Source: Alphaproteobacteria bacterium
GTDB taxonomy: Bacteria > Pseudomonadota > Alphaproteobacteria > UBA828
Direction: 5' to 3'
Assembly (NCBI GenBank): GCA_963422645.2
Contig: CAXXVO010000008.1
Coordinates: 128,001-192,000 of the forward strand
Length of the DNA stretch: 64,000 bases
Part shown: in pieces, positions 52,167 to 61,619 of the stretch
Layout: each line of letters opens with the position of its first letter
Numbering within the stretch: position 1 is the stretch's first letter
The notes under the pieces: generated by a model
What the model saw: the letters and a program-made list of their open reading frames with translations, nothing else
The model's database searches: none
What the model was told of the DNA's origin: nothing
Program-made: the position numbers and the translations under genes

Positions 52167-53381
52167 CTCCGCGTCGGGCAGGCCGGCGATCGCGCCTCCC
52201 GGGTCGAGTTCCGTGAGCCAGTCGGGCGCCGTCATCGCCCGCGGGCGCAGCTCGGAAAGGCCAAAGCCGGCGGCGACGTCGATCAGATAGGCCGGTGGAG
52301 GCCGCCCTTCGGCAAGTCCGTCCGCGAGCGCGGCGGAAAGCGCGGTCTCGAAGGCTTCGAACGGTACGTCGAGCGCCCCCAGCTCGTCCTCCAGGTTGCA
52401 CGCGGCACTCAGGGCTTCGTCGTCCCGGAAGATGCGCGCGATGGTGACGCCGTGGCCGGCCTTGACCACCACCACCGCGCAAGCGGGTCCGTCCGCAGGG
52501 TCGAGCATGGCGGCGAGATGCTGCATGCTCGAGCCGGCCGGCAGGGCGGCGAGGAAACGCGTCGGACGGCCCGCGGGGCGCGCCATCGGGTGGAAGCGGC
52601 CCCGCAGCCGGGTCTCGCGCAGGGCGGTATCCAGCAAGGGACGCGCGGAATCCGCCGGCATCCAGTTCCGGATGAGCGGCACGAGCGCCGGCAGGGCGGG
52701 CTCCATGGCGTCGCCCCGCACCCGGCCGGAGAGGCCGCTGGCGGCCGCCAGGCGAACCTCGGGCGAGCGGTCCAGCAGCCAGTAGAGGGCGGCGCGGCCG
52801 TACCGCTCCTCTTCGCGCCCCGAAACATGGTGGACGAAGGTCGGCCTGAACTCGGACGGAAGGACCGCCATCAGGTTGGCGAGGAGGTCGTGCAGCAGAT
52901 GATCGTCGCCGCCCGCATGGCGCGCGAGACGGTCGATCTCCCCGTCCAGCAGGCCGGGAAACGCGGCAAGCGCCTGGCCGGTGCCGGGTTCGCCGGCGAA
53001 GATCGGGAAGAGGCATTCCGGCGCATCCAGGCCTGCGCGGATGAAGGCGCGTGCCAGACCGAGCGCGGCGTGGTCCGGGAGGTCGCCGCGGGCGGCCAGG
53101 GTATCGATGGCGCCGCGCGCCTCGGCGAGGAAGGGCTCGCCGAAGCGGCGTCGGTTCTCGGCATCGCGTTGCGCCCGTTCGACCAGGACCCCGAACAGGT
53201 CGAGCGGAGCGTTGCGCTCCGAGTCCGCGGTCCGCGCGATGCGGGCGGCGAGCATGGAAGCCATGCCCGTCCTGCCGAGAAGCACCGGCGCGTGCTGCTC
53301 CGCCAGCTCCCTTCGGTCGAGGAAGTCGTCGAAGCCGTCGAGCTCGTCGAGGCAGGCTTGCAGAAGATCGGCTTCGGGCAT
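52167..53381 (-). pseudogene. Paralog of 47444-49033, truncated by IS21
   Basis: Aligns up to MTAPDWL...DPGGAIAGL, then runs into the IS21 end. Confidence 0.75.
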
Positions 53382-54278
53382 GGTCGTGTCCGGGATAGAG
53401 GGCTGATGCCGGGGATCGAGACGCATCGTGCCATGGCGAGCCCGGTCGTTGAAGACGGCAGGGAGAGACGAAGAGGCGGCGGGGCGCCCGCAGCGGACAC
53501 CCCGCCGACGGTGGATCAGCGGCGCCGGGCGTCGACGAAAATGCCCGCCGCGTAGCTCCCCCACATTTGCATGCCCGAGTCCGTCAGGTTGACCCCGGTG
53601 CAGACGATGACCTCGTGGCGCTCGGGCCGCAGCCGCTGAACGGCCCGCAAGCTCATCGCCTTGCGCGCCTGCTTGCGTCCGCCCTTCGATCCCTTGCCGG
53701 GCCGCCAGGGCCGGATCTGGCCCTAGTAGTCGGACAGGTACCGCTCGACCACGTAGCGCTGGTCATCGAGCCCTTGCCCGAACAGGTGGGTGAGGTAGGT
53801 TCGGGCGTTTCCATGGAGTGTGCCGTTGATCTGCATGTGCCGCCTCCCGCTAGCCTGTGAGTGGAAGCGGCGAGGACGCCTCTCGCCGGACGCCGCACGC
53901 CGCGCCCCGCTTCAGGCCGGGCTCTCCCTCCTGCCGGCGTGAGGGCGCCGGCGCGGAGCAAGGATCGTGATGCGGGTTGAAGGCGGGGGGCCGCACGCCG
54001 CCGGGCCGGGCGGCCCTGCGGCGCCGCCGAGGCCCGGATGGGCGACGGCATGGCTGGGCCGTGCGCGGCTGCGGAGGACGGGGCGGCGATCCCGCTGCCG
54101 GGGTTTCCGCGGGCTTTTGAGGTCAGGAGTGGTCTGGAGTTTACTTCGGGGTGGTTACTGGGTGATTATTTTCCTCGTTCCGGCGTCGGGCACACGCTCG
54201 TGTCTTCTCCCAAGCTATTGAAATGAAATGGTTATGCGCGACGGCGCGCCCAACCGTGTTGGTGGTGAGAAATCCGGG

Positions 54279-54887
54279 CTAGCTGCCGCCGCCGTCCAGG
54301 TCTTCGGCGAGGGCGTCGCGGGTTTCTTCCGGCATGACCGCGAGATGGCCGTAGGCCGGGTGCTCGATGCCGAGCAGCACGCGCGTCCCCGGTATGTGGA
54401 ACCGCGCGGCCGAGGCAGGCTGGAAGGGGAAGCGGAGGAAATGGATCGAGGAGGTCTTGCCGTCTTCGGTTGTCCGCGCGACCTCGTCCTCGATCGGCTG
54501 GGCGGCGACGGAGGCCCCGCCGACCTCCAGCTTGATGGTGTCCTCGATCCCGGCCAGGCGGTAGAGCTCGCGCTCCCTGCGCGCCGGATCGTCGATCTCC
54601 AGCATCATCGTCGCGATCAGGGCATCGCCGCGCGGAACCAGAGGATTGTAGGCCTCGAGCTCGCCCGCGATCTGCTCTTCCCCACCGCGCTCGATATAAA
54701 GCATCTCGTGGACCTGCATCCACATGGTCTCGAAGCTCTCGAAATGGAAGGTGGCGAAGGGGCCGACGGCGAGTCGGCGGTTGCGCTTCAGCGCCGCAAT
54801 GGCGACGCGGCGCTCCTTGCGGACCCTGGCGTAGTCCGCCATGTCCATGATGTCGTCGCGGGTGAGCGCGCGGCGCTGCTGGCTCAT
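54279..54887 (-). CDS. DFsB/DUF3501-family protein
   Basis: QVHEMLYIE, ELEAYNPLVP, KTSSIHFLRF, IEHPAY; adjacent to the Fe-S oxidoreductase. Confidence 0.8.
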   Translation of the reverse strand: MSQQRRALTRDDIMDMADYARVRKERRVAIAALKRNRRLAVGPFATFHFESFETMWMQVHEMLYIERGGEEQIAGELEAYNPLVPRGDALIATMMLEIDDPARRERELYRLAGIEDTIKLEVGGASVAAQPIEDEVARTTEDGKTSSIHFLRFPFQPASAARFHIPGTRVLLGIEHPAYGHLAVMPEETRDALAEDLDGGGS

Positions 54888-54891
54888 CGTC

Positions 54892-56250
54892 TCAGGCGAG
54901 GCCGTAGGCGCGGGCCAGCAGCTCGATCGGGTGATGGGCGCGGCCGGCGGTGGGTGCGCCGGCGGCAGGATCGCCGTCCTTGGCCGCCTGTCGGGCCATC
55001 CCGTTCACGATGTGGGCGCCGGCGAGCGGGCATTCCGAGGCAAGATAGGGATTCGCCGCCTCGCGCGCACGGCGCGCGGTGGTCCGGCCGACCTTCAGTG
55101 CGGTCTCGTGGAAGCCCTTGGTGACGCCGATGGAGCCGCCGTGGCCGGAGCAGCGCTCGATGATGGAGACCTCGGTGTCCGGCACCAGCGCCAGCATGTC
55201 CGCCGATTTGCGCCCGACATTCTGAGCCCGCTCGTGGCAGGGCAGGTGCAGCGTGATGCCACCGTCGATGGGGGCAAGGCCCGGCGCCAGCCCCTCCGAC
55301 CGTGAGATGCCGACGACGTATTCACAAATGTCATAGCTGTGCTTGGCGAGTCGCTCGACCGCCGGGTCGTCCGGCAAGATCAGCGGCCATTCGAGCTTGA
55401 GCATGAGCGCGCAGCTCGCGACCAGGGCGATCACGTCGTAGCCCTTGTCGATCCACTCGCCGAGCGCTCCCGCCACATGCCGCGCGTTGTCTGCGACCCG
55501 CTCAATATCGCCTTCTTCCAACTGCGGCATGCCGCAGCAGCGGGGGTAGACGACGGTAGTCTCGACGCCGTTGTGCGCCAGCACCTTGCGGGCCGCCGCG
55601 CCAACCTCCGGCTGGTTGTAGTTGGCGAAGCAGGTCGCGTAGATCACCGCCTTGCGCCCGTTCGCGGGCGCCTGCCGGTTGACCGCCGGCCCTCCCTTGG
55701 CCGCACGGTCGAGCATGGTGCGGCGGTGGTAGCGCGGCAGCGGCGCCTCCTTGTGGACGCCCGCGACGGCCTCCATCAATGGCCGGGTGAGCCGGTTGTC
55801 CTGGGCGGAGCCCCAGTTCAAGACCGGTGCGAAGGTACGGGCCAAGCGGCCGTTTCGGTCGGTCTCCGCAAGCCCTTTGGACGCGGTGGTATGGCGCCGG
55901 CCCGCGCGGCGGTCCGCGGCGCGGTGGCGCAGCATGAGATGGGGAAAATCGACGTCCCACTCATGCGGCGGCGTGTAGGGGCACATGGTCATGAAGCACA
56001 TATCGCAGAGCGTGCAGGCATCCACGACCGACTTGAAACCGGACGAATCAACGGAATCGAGCTCGCCCGTCTCGGACTCGTCGATCAGGTCGAAGAGCCG
56101 CGGGAAGGAATCGCACAGGCTGAAGCAGCGCCGGCAGCCATGGCAGATATCGAAGACCCGGCGGGTCTCCTGCTCCAGCGCCGCGCTGTCGTAGAATTCG
56201 GGGTTTCGCCAGTCTATCGGATGGCGGAAGGGCGCACCCTCGTCGGCCAT
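54892..56250 (-). CDS. Heterodisulfide reductase-related Fe-S oxidoreductase (GlpC-like, CCG domains)
   Basis: CHGCRRCFSLC, CTLCDMC...CPY, CCGMP, CSGHGG, SECP. Confidence 0.85.
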   Translation of the reverse strand: MADEGAPFRHPIDWRNPEFYDSAALEQETRRVFDICHGCRRCFSLCDSFPRLFDLIDESETGELDSVDSSGFKSVVDACTLCDMCFMTMCPYTPPHEWDVDFPHLMLRHRAADRRAGRRHTTASKGLAETDRNGRLARTFAPVLNWGSAQDNRLTRPLMEAVAGVHKEAPLPRYHRRTMLDRAAKGGPAVNRQAPANGRKAVIYATCFANYNQPEVGAAARKVLAHNGVETTVVYPRCCGMPQLEEGDIERVADNARHVAGALGEWIDKGYDVIALVASCALMLKLEWPLILPDDPAVERLAKHSYDICEYVVGISRSEGLAPGLAPIDGGITLHLPCHERAQNVGRKSADMLALVPDTEVSIIERCSGHGGSIGVTKGFHETALKVGRTTARRAREAANPYLASECPLAGAHIVNGMARQAAKDGDPAAGAPTAGRAHHPIELLARAYGLA

Positions 56251-56263
56251 CGCGACGGCAGCG

Positions 56264-56530
56264 TTACCGGCACGAACCGCAGAGACGGTTACCCGGCCCT
56301 GCGCTATCGAAGAGGCGGCTACAGCGCAGGCAGCGGCGCTGGCTCTCTTGTGCCTCCAGGCGATCGAGCTCCGCGAGTTCGTCGGAGAGCGAGATCATCC
56401 CGGGTCCGCGATCTACATTCCTGGCGGCTTCACGCCGCGCATCCCATTTGGTCCGTCGTTGAGGCGCGAGCGACATCATTTGGCGCGAGTTCCCTAGCGA
56501 AGTCGTCTGGTGGGCATCCGGTAGGACCAT
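56264..56530 (-). CDS. Small zinc-ribbon hypothetical protein
   Basis: C-terminal RCLRC..F.S.GPGNRLCGSC; start uncertain. Confidence 0.55.
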   Translation of the reverse strand: MVLPDAHQTTSLGNSRQMMSLAPQRRTKWDARREAARNVDRGPGMISLSDELAELDRLEAQESQRRCLRCSRLFDSAGPGNRLCGSCR

Positions 56531-56610
56531 TGTAGCGGAACACGGCGCCCGATCTAAGCCGAAATTTCATATCGGGTGCCCAAAATAGACACCTAATACC
56601 CTGTGGGGGG

Positions 56611-56748
56611 CTATTCGGCGGCCTCAGTGCTGCCTGCGGGCGTGCGGAAGGCCGGAATCACGGCCTCGGCGAAAAGCCGCAGGCTTTTCAATAGATTATC
56701 CGCGCCGTAATAGGGCGGGTAGTGAAGCAGTAGGGAATCGAGTCCGGT
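56611..56748 (-). pseudogene. 3' fragment of the LLM monooxygenase split by element 2
   Basis: TGLDSLLLHYPPYYG...SLRLFAEAVIPAF; joins 61883-62824 in frame when the element and one GGCGG are removed. Confidence 0.9.
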
Positions 56749-56759
56749 GGCGGTGTAGC

Positions 56760-56803
56760 CGGCCAGAAGTCTTTGCGAATCGCGGCCAGAAGTCTTTGCG
56801 AAT
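56760..56803 (+). repeat. Two tandem 21-bp putative transposase-binding sites
   Basis: CGGCCAGAAGTCTTTGCGAAT at 56760-56780 and 56783-56803. Confidence 0.9.
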
Positions 56804-56860
56804 GGCCTGGAAAACAGGCTGATTTTCGGGGCTGATTCGGGCTGGAAAAACGGCCTCTGC

Positions 56861-57334
56861 ATCGGCAGGACGCAGAAGGAGATCCTCGGCGTTCTGAACG
56901 CCGCCCTCGGGGAGCGCGGCGAGGAACCCATCGGCGCCGCCTCGCTCAACCGCTACGTCAACCGCCCCGCGATCCGGGCGCTCGCCGAGCGCGCCCGGGC
57001 GGCGTGCGAGATGGGCGCCGCGATCGCGCAGTCGGCCGGGGAGGGCGCCGGCGCCGCGCTCGACCGCGGACTGGTCCAGGCGGGCCAGACGCTCGCCATG
57101 GAGGCGCTGCCCGCCATCCCCTGGGACGAGCTCGAGCCCGAGGACAGGGTGAAGCTGATCGCCAATTTCGGGCTCGCCGTGCGCCGCTTCGCATCGTCGG
57201 CCGCCGTGGCCGACGCCCGCGGGCGAGCGATCCGCGCCGATGCCGCCGAAGCCGCCGTGAAGGAAGCGCGCAGACAGGGGCTGTCGGCCGAGGGCGCGGC
57301 GAAGATCCGCGCGCAAATCGAGGGGGCGGCATGA
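56861..57334 (+). pseudogene. Mu gp27/DUF3486-like (putative small terminase), 5'-truncated
   Basis: Frame upstream of ORF 57011 reads GRTQKEILGVLNAAL..GEEPIGAASLNRY; C-terminal GLSAEGAAKIR; ATGA overlap with terL; no canonical start upstream. Confidence 0.7.
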
Positions 57335-58767
57335 GCCGGGCGCTCCTGCCCTACCAGAGCCGCTGGGTTGCAGACAGGGCACAGCTCAAGATCGTCGAGA
57401 AGTCGCGCCGCATCGGCCTGTCCTGGGCCGAGGCCTACGACGCCGTGATGCACGCCGCCGTGGGTGGGGGCAACGTCACCTACCAGTCCTACGACAGGGA
57501 GATGACCAGAGGCTTCGTCGACGACTGCGCGGACTGGGCGGAGCACCTGGACTTCGAGGCCGGCGCCATCGGCGAGAGCGTCATCGATGCCGGCAATGCC
57601 AGGGCCGTGCAGGTGTTCCGCATCCGGCTCGCATCGGGGAAGACCATCACGTCGATGACCAGCGCGCCGCGCGCGCTCAGGTCCAGGGGACGCCCCGGAG
57701 ACCGGGCGATAATCGACGAGGCCGCCTTCGTCGACGACCTGGGCGAGGTGCTCAAGGCCGCGCTCGCCTTCCTCACGTGGGGCGGGCGGGTCCATGTGAT
57801 CTCGACCCACAACGGCGAGGCCAGCCCCTTCAACCTGCTGCTGCGCGACGTGCGCGAGGGCCGCCAGCCGGGGTCGGTCCACAGCATCCCCTTCCGCCGG
57901 GCCGTCGCAGAAGGGCTGGGCCGGCGCATCTTCGAGGTGACGGGCAAGGAGTACTCGCCCGGGGCGGAGGCCGAATGGGAGGCCGGGATCCGGCGCACCT
58001 ACGGCCACCGGGGCGCCGAGGAGCTCGACTGCGTGCCCAGTGCAGGGACCGGCGCCTGGCTCGCATGGGACCTGATCCGCGAGCGCGAGCACCCGGACGC
58101 GGGCGATCCTGTGCGCCACGCCGGCGGGAGCACCTGGATCGGCGTCGACGTGGCGCGGCGCCGCGATCTCTGGGTCGCCGCCGTCATCGAGAAGGCCGCC
58201 GACGCGCTCTGGGTGCGCGAGATCGTCGCCCGCCAGGGCATCCCGTTCAGCGAGCAGCGCAGGATCGTGCGCGGCCTCGCCGAACGCTACCGCCCGCTCC
58301 GCATCGCGGTCGACCAGACCGGCATGGGCGAGGCCGTGGTCGAGCAGTGGCAGGAGGACCACGGCACGCTGCGGGTCGAGGGCGTGCTCATGACCGGCCC
58401 GCGCCGGCTGGATGCCGCCACCGCGCTGCGCGAGGCCATGGAGGACAAGCGCCTGCGCCTCCCCGCAGACGAGGCATTGCGCCGCGACCTCCACGCCGTG
58501 CGCGCCGAGGCCGGACCCACCGGCTCGCCCCGCCTGGTCGCCGAGCGCTCGGGCACCGACGGCCACGCCGACCGCTTCTGGGCGCTCGCGCTCGCCTGCC
58601 TCTCGGCCTCGCAGGCATCCGGCCCCTTCCAGGCCTGGATCGGCGAGGGCCGCCACGCCGTCCATGACATGCCGGGCTCCCCCTTCGACGGCGATACCGG
58701 CTACCGCATCGACACCGAACTCGGCGTCGTCCATTCCCCCCTCTCCGCCCTGAACGGCTGGCGATAG
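57331..58767 (+). CDS. Phage terminase large subunit (Mu gp28-like)
   Basis: LLPYQ..W, EKSRRIGLSW, IIDEAAF, ISTHNG, DQTGMG, HADRFWA. Confidence 0.92.
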   Translation: MSRALLPYQSRWVADRAQLKIVEKSRRIGLSWAEAYDAVMHAAVGGGNVTYQSYDREMTRGFVDDCADWAEHLDFEAGAIGESVIDAGNARAVQVFRIRLASGKTITSMTSAPRALRSRGRPGDRAIIDEAAFVDDLGEVLKAALAFLTWGGRVHVISTHNGEASPFNLLLRDVREGRQPGSVHSIPFRRAVAEGLGRRIFEVTGKEYSPGAEAEWEAGIRRTYGHRGAEELDCVPSAGTGAWLAWDLIREREHPDAGDPVRHAGGSTWIGVDVARRRDLWVAAVIEKAADALWVREIVARQGIPFSEQRRIVRGLAERYRPLRIAVDQTGMGEAVVEQWQEDHGTLRVEGVLMTGPRRLDAATALREAMEDKRLRLPADEALRRDLHAVRAEAGPTGSPRLVAERSGTDGHADRFWALALACLSASQASGPFQAWIGEGRHAVHDMPGSPFDGDTGYRIDTELGVVHSPLSALNGWR

Positions 58768-58770
58768 CCC

Positions 58771-60258
58771 ATGGCCGCGCCCGCCCCCGCACGTCCCGGG
58801 ACCGCCGAGATCGCAGGCCCGCAGGCCGGCATCGGCGGCATCGGCGAGCTCGTCCTCCCCTGGCTCGACAGCGACCCGGCGCTCGGCGCCGACCCCCGCC
58901 AGTGGCAGGCCGATCCCACCGGGATCGCGGCCGCACAGGCCGCGCTCCGCGACCCCCACGCCCGCGCCGTCCTCGACCAGCGCCTCGACGCCGTCACGGC
59001 CGCCCCCCTCGATATCGAACCCGGCGGCCCGATGCGCCGCGACAGACAGGCCGCCGGGGACCTCGCGGACCAGTTCGGCGGGATCGGGATCGACCGCATC
59101 TCCCGCGAACTCCTCCACGCCGCCTGGTACGGATACAGCATCGCCGAGTGCATCTGGGAGATCGACGGCGCCCGCGTCCGCCTCGCCGATCTCAAGGTCC
59201 GCGACCCCGCCCGCTTCCGCTGGCGCAGGGACGGAACCCCGCTGCTCGTTACCCGCGAGAACCCGCGCGGCGCCGAACTCCCGCCCGCCAAGTTCGTCGT
59301 GCTCGCCCAGCCCCGCAGCCACGGCGGCCAGCCCCACGGCCCCGGCGCCGCACAGTGGTGCCTCTGGCCGGTCTGGCTCAAGCGCCAGGCTGTGCGCATG
59401 TGGGCGGTCGCGCTCGAGAAGTTCGGCAGCCCCACCGCCATCGGCACCGTCCGCCGCGACGCGCCGGCGGCCGAGATCGAGACGATGCTCCAGGCCCAGC
59501 GCGCCATGGCCGGAGGCACCGGCCTCGTCATCCCCGAAGGCCAGGAACTCAAGCTGCTCGACTCGGTCCGCCGCGCCGGCGGCGACTACGGCGCCTTCGT
59601 CGCAGCCCTCGACGGCATGATCGCGGACGCCGTCCTCGGCCAGCGCGCAACCTCCGAGATCGGACCCTGGCGCGGCACCGCCGAAGTCCAGGCCAAGGTG
59701 CTGGAGCGCCTCGTCGCCGCCGACGCCCGACGGCTCTCCGCCGCGCTGCGCAACTCCGTCGCCGCCTGGCTCACCCAATGGAACTTCCCCGGCGCAGACG
59801 TGCCCGAACTCGCCCGCAACACCGCGCCCCCCGAGGATCTCGTGGCCCGCGCCAGGCGCGAGGAGACCGTCGCCCGAACCTCGGGCCTCCGCCCCACCCC
59901 CGCCCATGTCGAGCAGGTCTACGGCGGAGAATGGGAGAAAGCCCCCGCCCCACCCCCGACGCCAGGCGGCGATCCCCGCCCCGCGCGCCTCGCCGAGCCG
60001 GCGCAGCAGGACGACGACGCCATCGACGACGCCGTGGACGCGATCGCCGCAGACTGGCAGCCCCTCGTGGAGCCGGTCGTCGCCCCCGTGCTCGGCGCCG
60101 CAGAGAACGCCGACAGCCTCGGCCGCTTCCGTGCCGCGCTCGACGAGCGCCAGCTCTGGGAGGACATGAACGCAGACCGCATCGCCCGCCGCCTCCGCCG
60201 CACCGCATTCTCCGCCCGCCTCTCCGGCGACGCAGGCCTCGACGAGGGCGAGGGCTGA
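58771..60258 (+). CDS. Mu gp29/DUF935-like portal protein
   Basis: DPH....LDQR, A.WYGYSIAECIW, EKFGSP, VLGQ; position after terL. Confidence 0.88.
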   Translation: MAAPAPARPGTAEIAGPQAGIGGIGELVLPWLDSDPALGADPRQWQADPTGIAAAQAALRDPHARAVLDQRLDAVTAAPLDIEPGGPMRRDRQAAGDLADQFGGIGIDRISRELLHAAWYGYSIAECIWEIDGARVRLADLKVRDPARFRWRRDGTPLLVTRENPRGAELPPAKFVVLAQPRSHGGQPHGPGAAQWCLWPVWLKRQAVRMWAVALEKFGSPTAIGTVRRDAPAAEIETMLQAQRAMAGGTGLVIPEGQELKLLDSVRRAGGDYGAFVAALDGMIADAVLGQRATSEIGPWRGTAEVQAKVLERLVAADARRLSAALRNSVAAWLTQWNFPGADVPELARNTAPPEDLVARARREETVARTSGLRPTPAHVEQVYGGEWEKAPAPPPTPGGDPRPARLAEPAQQDDDAIDDAVDAIAADWQPLVEPVVAPVLGAAENADSLGRFRAALDERQLWEDMNADRIARRLRRTAFSARLSGDAGLDEGEG

Positions 60259-61451
60259 TGCCCGCGCCCGAGATCCTGGACGTACCCCCCGCCGAGGCCG
60301 TCGAGCACTTCCGCGCCAGGGGCTTCCACACAGGCTTCGACTGGCGCGACACCGATGCCGAGCAGCACCTGGTCTCCTTCACCGCCGCCAAGGCCGCGAA
60401 GCTCGACATCCTCCAGGACCTGCGCACCGCCGCCGACAAGGCCATCGCGGACGGCACAACCTTCGAGACCTTCGCCAGGGAGCTGCAGCCCACCCTGGTC
60501 CGCAAGGGATGGTGGGGCAGGCAGCCCATGACCGATCCCCTCACCGGCAAGACGCGCATCGTCCAGCTCGGCTCGGCCCACCGCCTGCGCATTATCTTCG
60601 ATACCAACATCCGCATGGCCTACGCCCGCGGCCGATGGGAGCGCATCGAGCGCCTCAGGGAGGCCATGCCCTGGCTCCGCTACGTCGCCGTCCAGGACGC
60701 CCGCACCAGGCCCGACCACCTCGCATGGCACGGCACCATCCTTCCGGTCGATCACCCCTTCTGGCAGACGCACTACCCGCCCAACGGATGGAAGTGCCGC
60801 TGCATCGTCCAGCAGCTCGGAGACGACGACCTGGAGCGCTACGGATACAAGGTGTCCGAGGGTCCGCCGCCCGGCTCCGGGCGCACCAGGCCCTGGAAGA
60901 ACCGCCGCACAGGCCGCATCCACCAGGTCCCCCTCGGCATCGATCCCGGCTTCCAGCACAACGTCGGCCGCGCCCGGCCCGGGCGCGACAGCGCAAACCG
61001 CCTGATCGAGAAGATCGACGACGCGCCCCCCGACCTCGCACGCGCCGCCATAGGCCAACCCTGGCGCGGGCAGCTCTTCCGCCGCCACCTCGAAGGCCGG
61101 TCCGACGCCGACTGGCCCGCGGCCGTGCTCTCCGCCCCGGTGCGCGGCGCCATCGGCGCACGCTCCCGAACCGTCCGCCTCTCCACAGAAACCGCCGCAA
61201 AGCAGGCCAGGCGACACCCCGATCTCGAACCCGCAGACTACGCCCGCGTCCAGCGCATCCTCGATCAAGGGGAGATGTTCGCCGGCTACGAACGTCAGGC
61301 CGTCGGCTTCCTCGAAGAGAACGGCCGCCTGTGGCGCGCCGTCGTCAAGGCCACCGTGGACGGCTCCGAGACTTATCTCGTGACCCTTCACAAGGCGCAG
61401 CCCCGGGACCGCGACGTGGCGCAGCGGCGTTGGGTCAGGATCGAGCTTTGA
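60258..61451 (+). CDS. Mu gp30 (MuF) head morphogenesis protein with a C-terminal nuclease-like (PBECR-type) extension
   Basis: RLRIIFDTN, DARTRPDH, HYPPNGWKCRC, DPGFQHNVG; about 110-aa tail KQARRHPDL...DY...AVVK...YLVTLH. Confidence 0.85.
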   Translation: MPAPEILDVPPAEAVEHFRARGFHTGFDWRDTDAEQHLVSFTAAKAAKLDILQDLRTAADKAIADGTTFETFARELQPTLVRKGWWGRQPMTDPLTGKTRIVQLGSAHRLRIIFDTNIRMAYARGRWERIERLREAMPWLRYVAVQDARTRPDHLAWHGTILPVDHPFWQTHYPPNGWKCRCIVQQLGDDDLERYGYKVSEGPPPGSGRTRPWKNRRTGRIHQVPLGIDPGFQHNVGRARPGRDSANRLIEKIDDAPPDLARAAIGQPWRGQLFRRHLEGRSDADWPAAVLSAPVRGAIGARSRTVRLSTETAAKQARRHPDLEPADYARVQRILDQGEMFAGYERQAVGFLEENGRLWRAVVKATVDGSETYLVTLHKAQPRDRDVAQRRWVRIEL

Positions 61452-61460
61452 AGGGAAAGA

Positions 61461-61529
61461 TGGCGCCGGGCGGGCCGCAACCCCCGCGCTCGCCCGAAGG
61501 CATGAGAGTCATGCGTGCTTCCAGCGCCA
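61461..61529 (+). ncRNA. Candidate structured RNA downstream of MuF
   Basis: Closing stem TGGCGCCGG/CCAGCGCCA enclosing CGGGCGGGC/GCTCGCCCG and GCATGA/TCATGC hairpins; pairing found by eye only. Confidence 0.35.
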
Positions 61530-61619
61530 CGCCGACCCTACGCGCCGCCGCACGCCACCTCAAGCCGATTCAGCGCCCCGGCGCGGGCCGCCGCCAGCCT
61601 CGCGGGACGGGCGCCTCGC

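Larger units (their letters stand above)
26970..54278. mobile_element. Mosaic genomic island (~27 kb); boundaries approximate
   Basis: Bounded by a truncated Gfo gene and AT-rich spacers; contains three integrases, a phage packaging module, helicases, IS21 and several truncated genes. Confidence 0.6.

Noticed and set aside
53567-54230. Short ORFs before the island's right border
   Set aside because: No motifs or consistent coding signal.
25793-54278. 28-kb composite transposon bounded by MITE-type ends and CTAG
   Set aside because: The two ends are fairly divergent and CTAG is the family's general target; independent remnants are the simpler explanation.
56602-56612. TGTGGGGGG resembling the terminus of element 1
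   Set aside because: Not followed by the AAGTC.TTGCGAAT site, not preceded by CCCGG, and on the wrong side of element 1.
56760-56803. CRISPR mini-array or CAST
   Set aside because: Only two repeats separated by 2 bp, no spacers, and no cas or tniQ genes; better explained as transposase sites.
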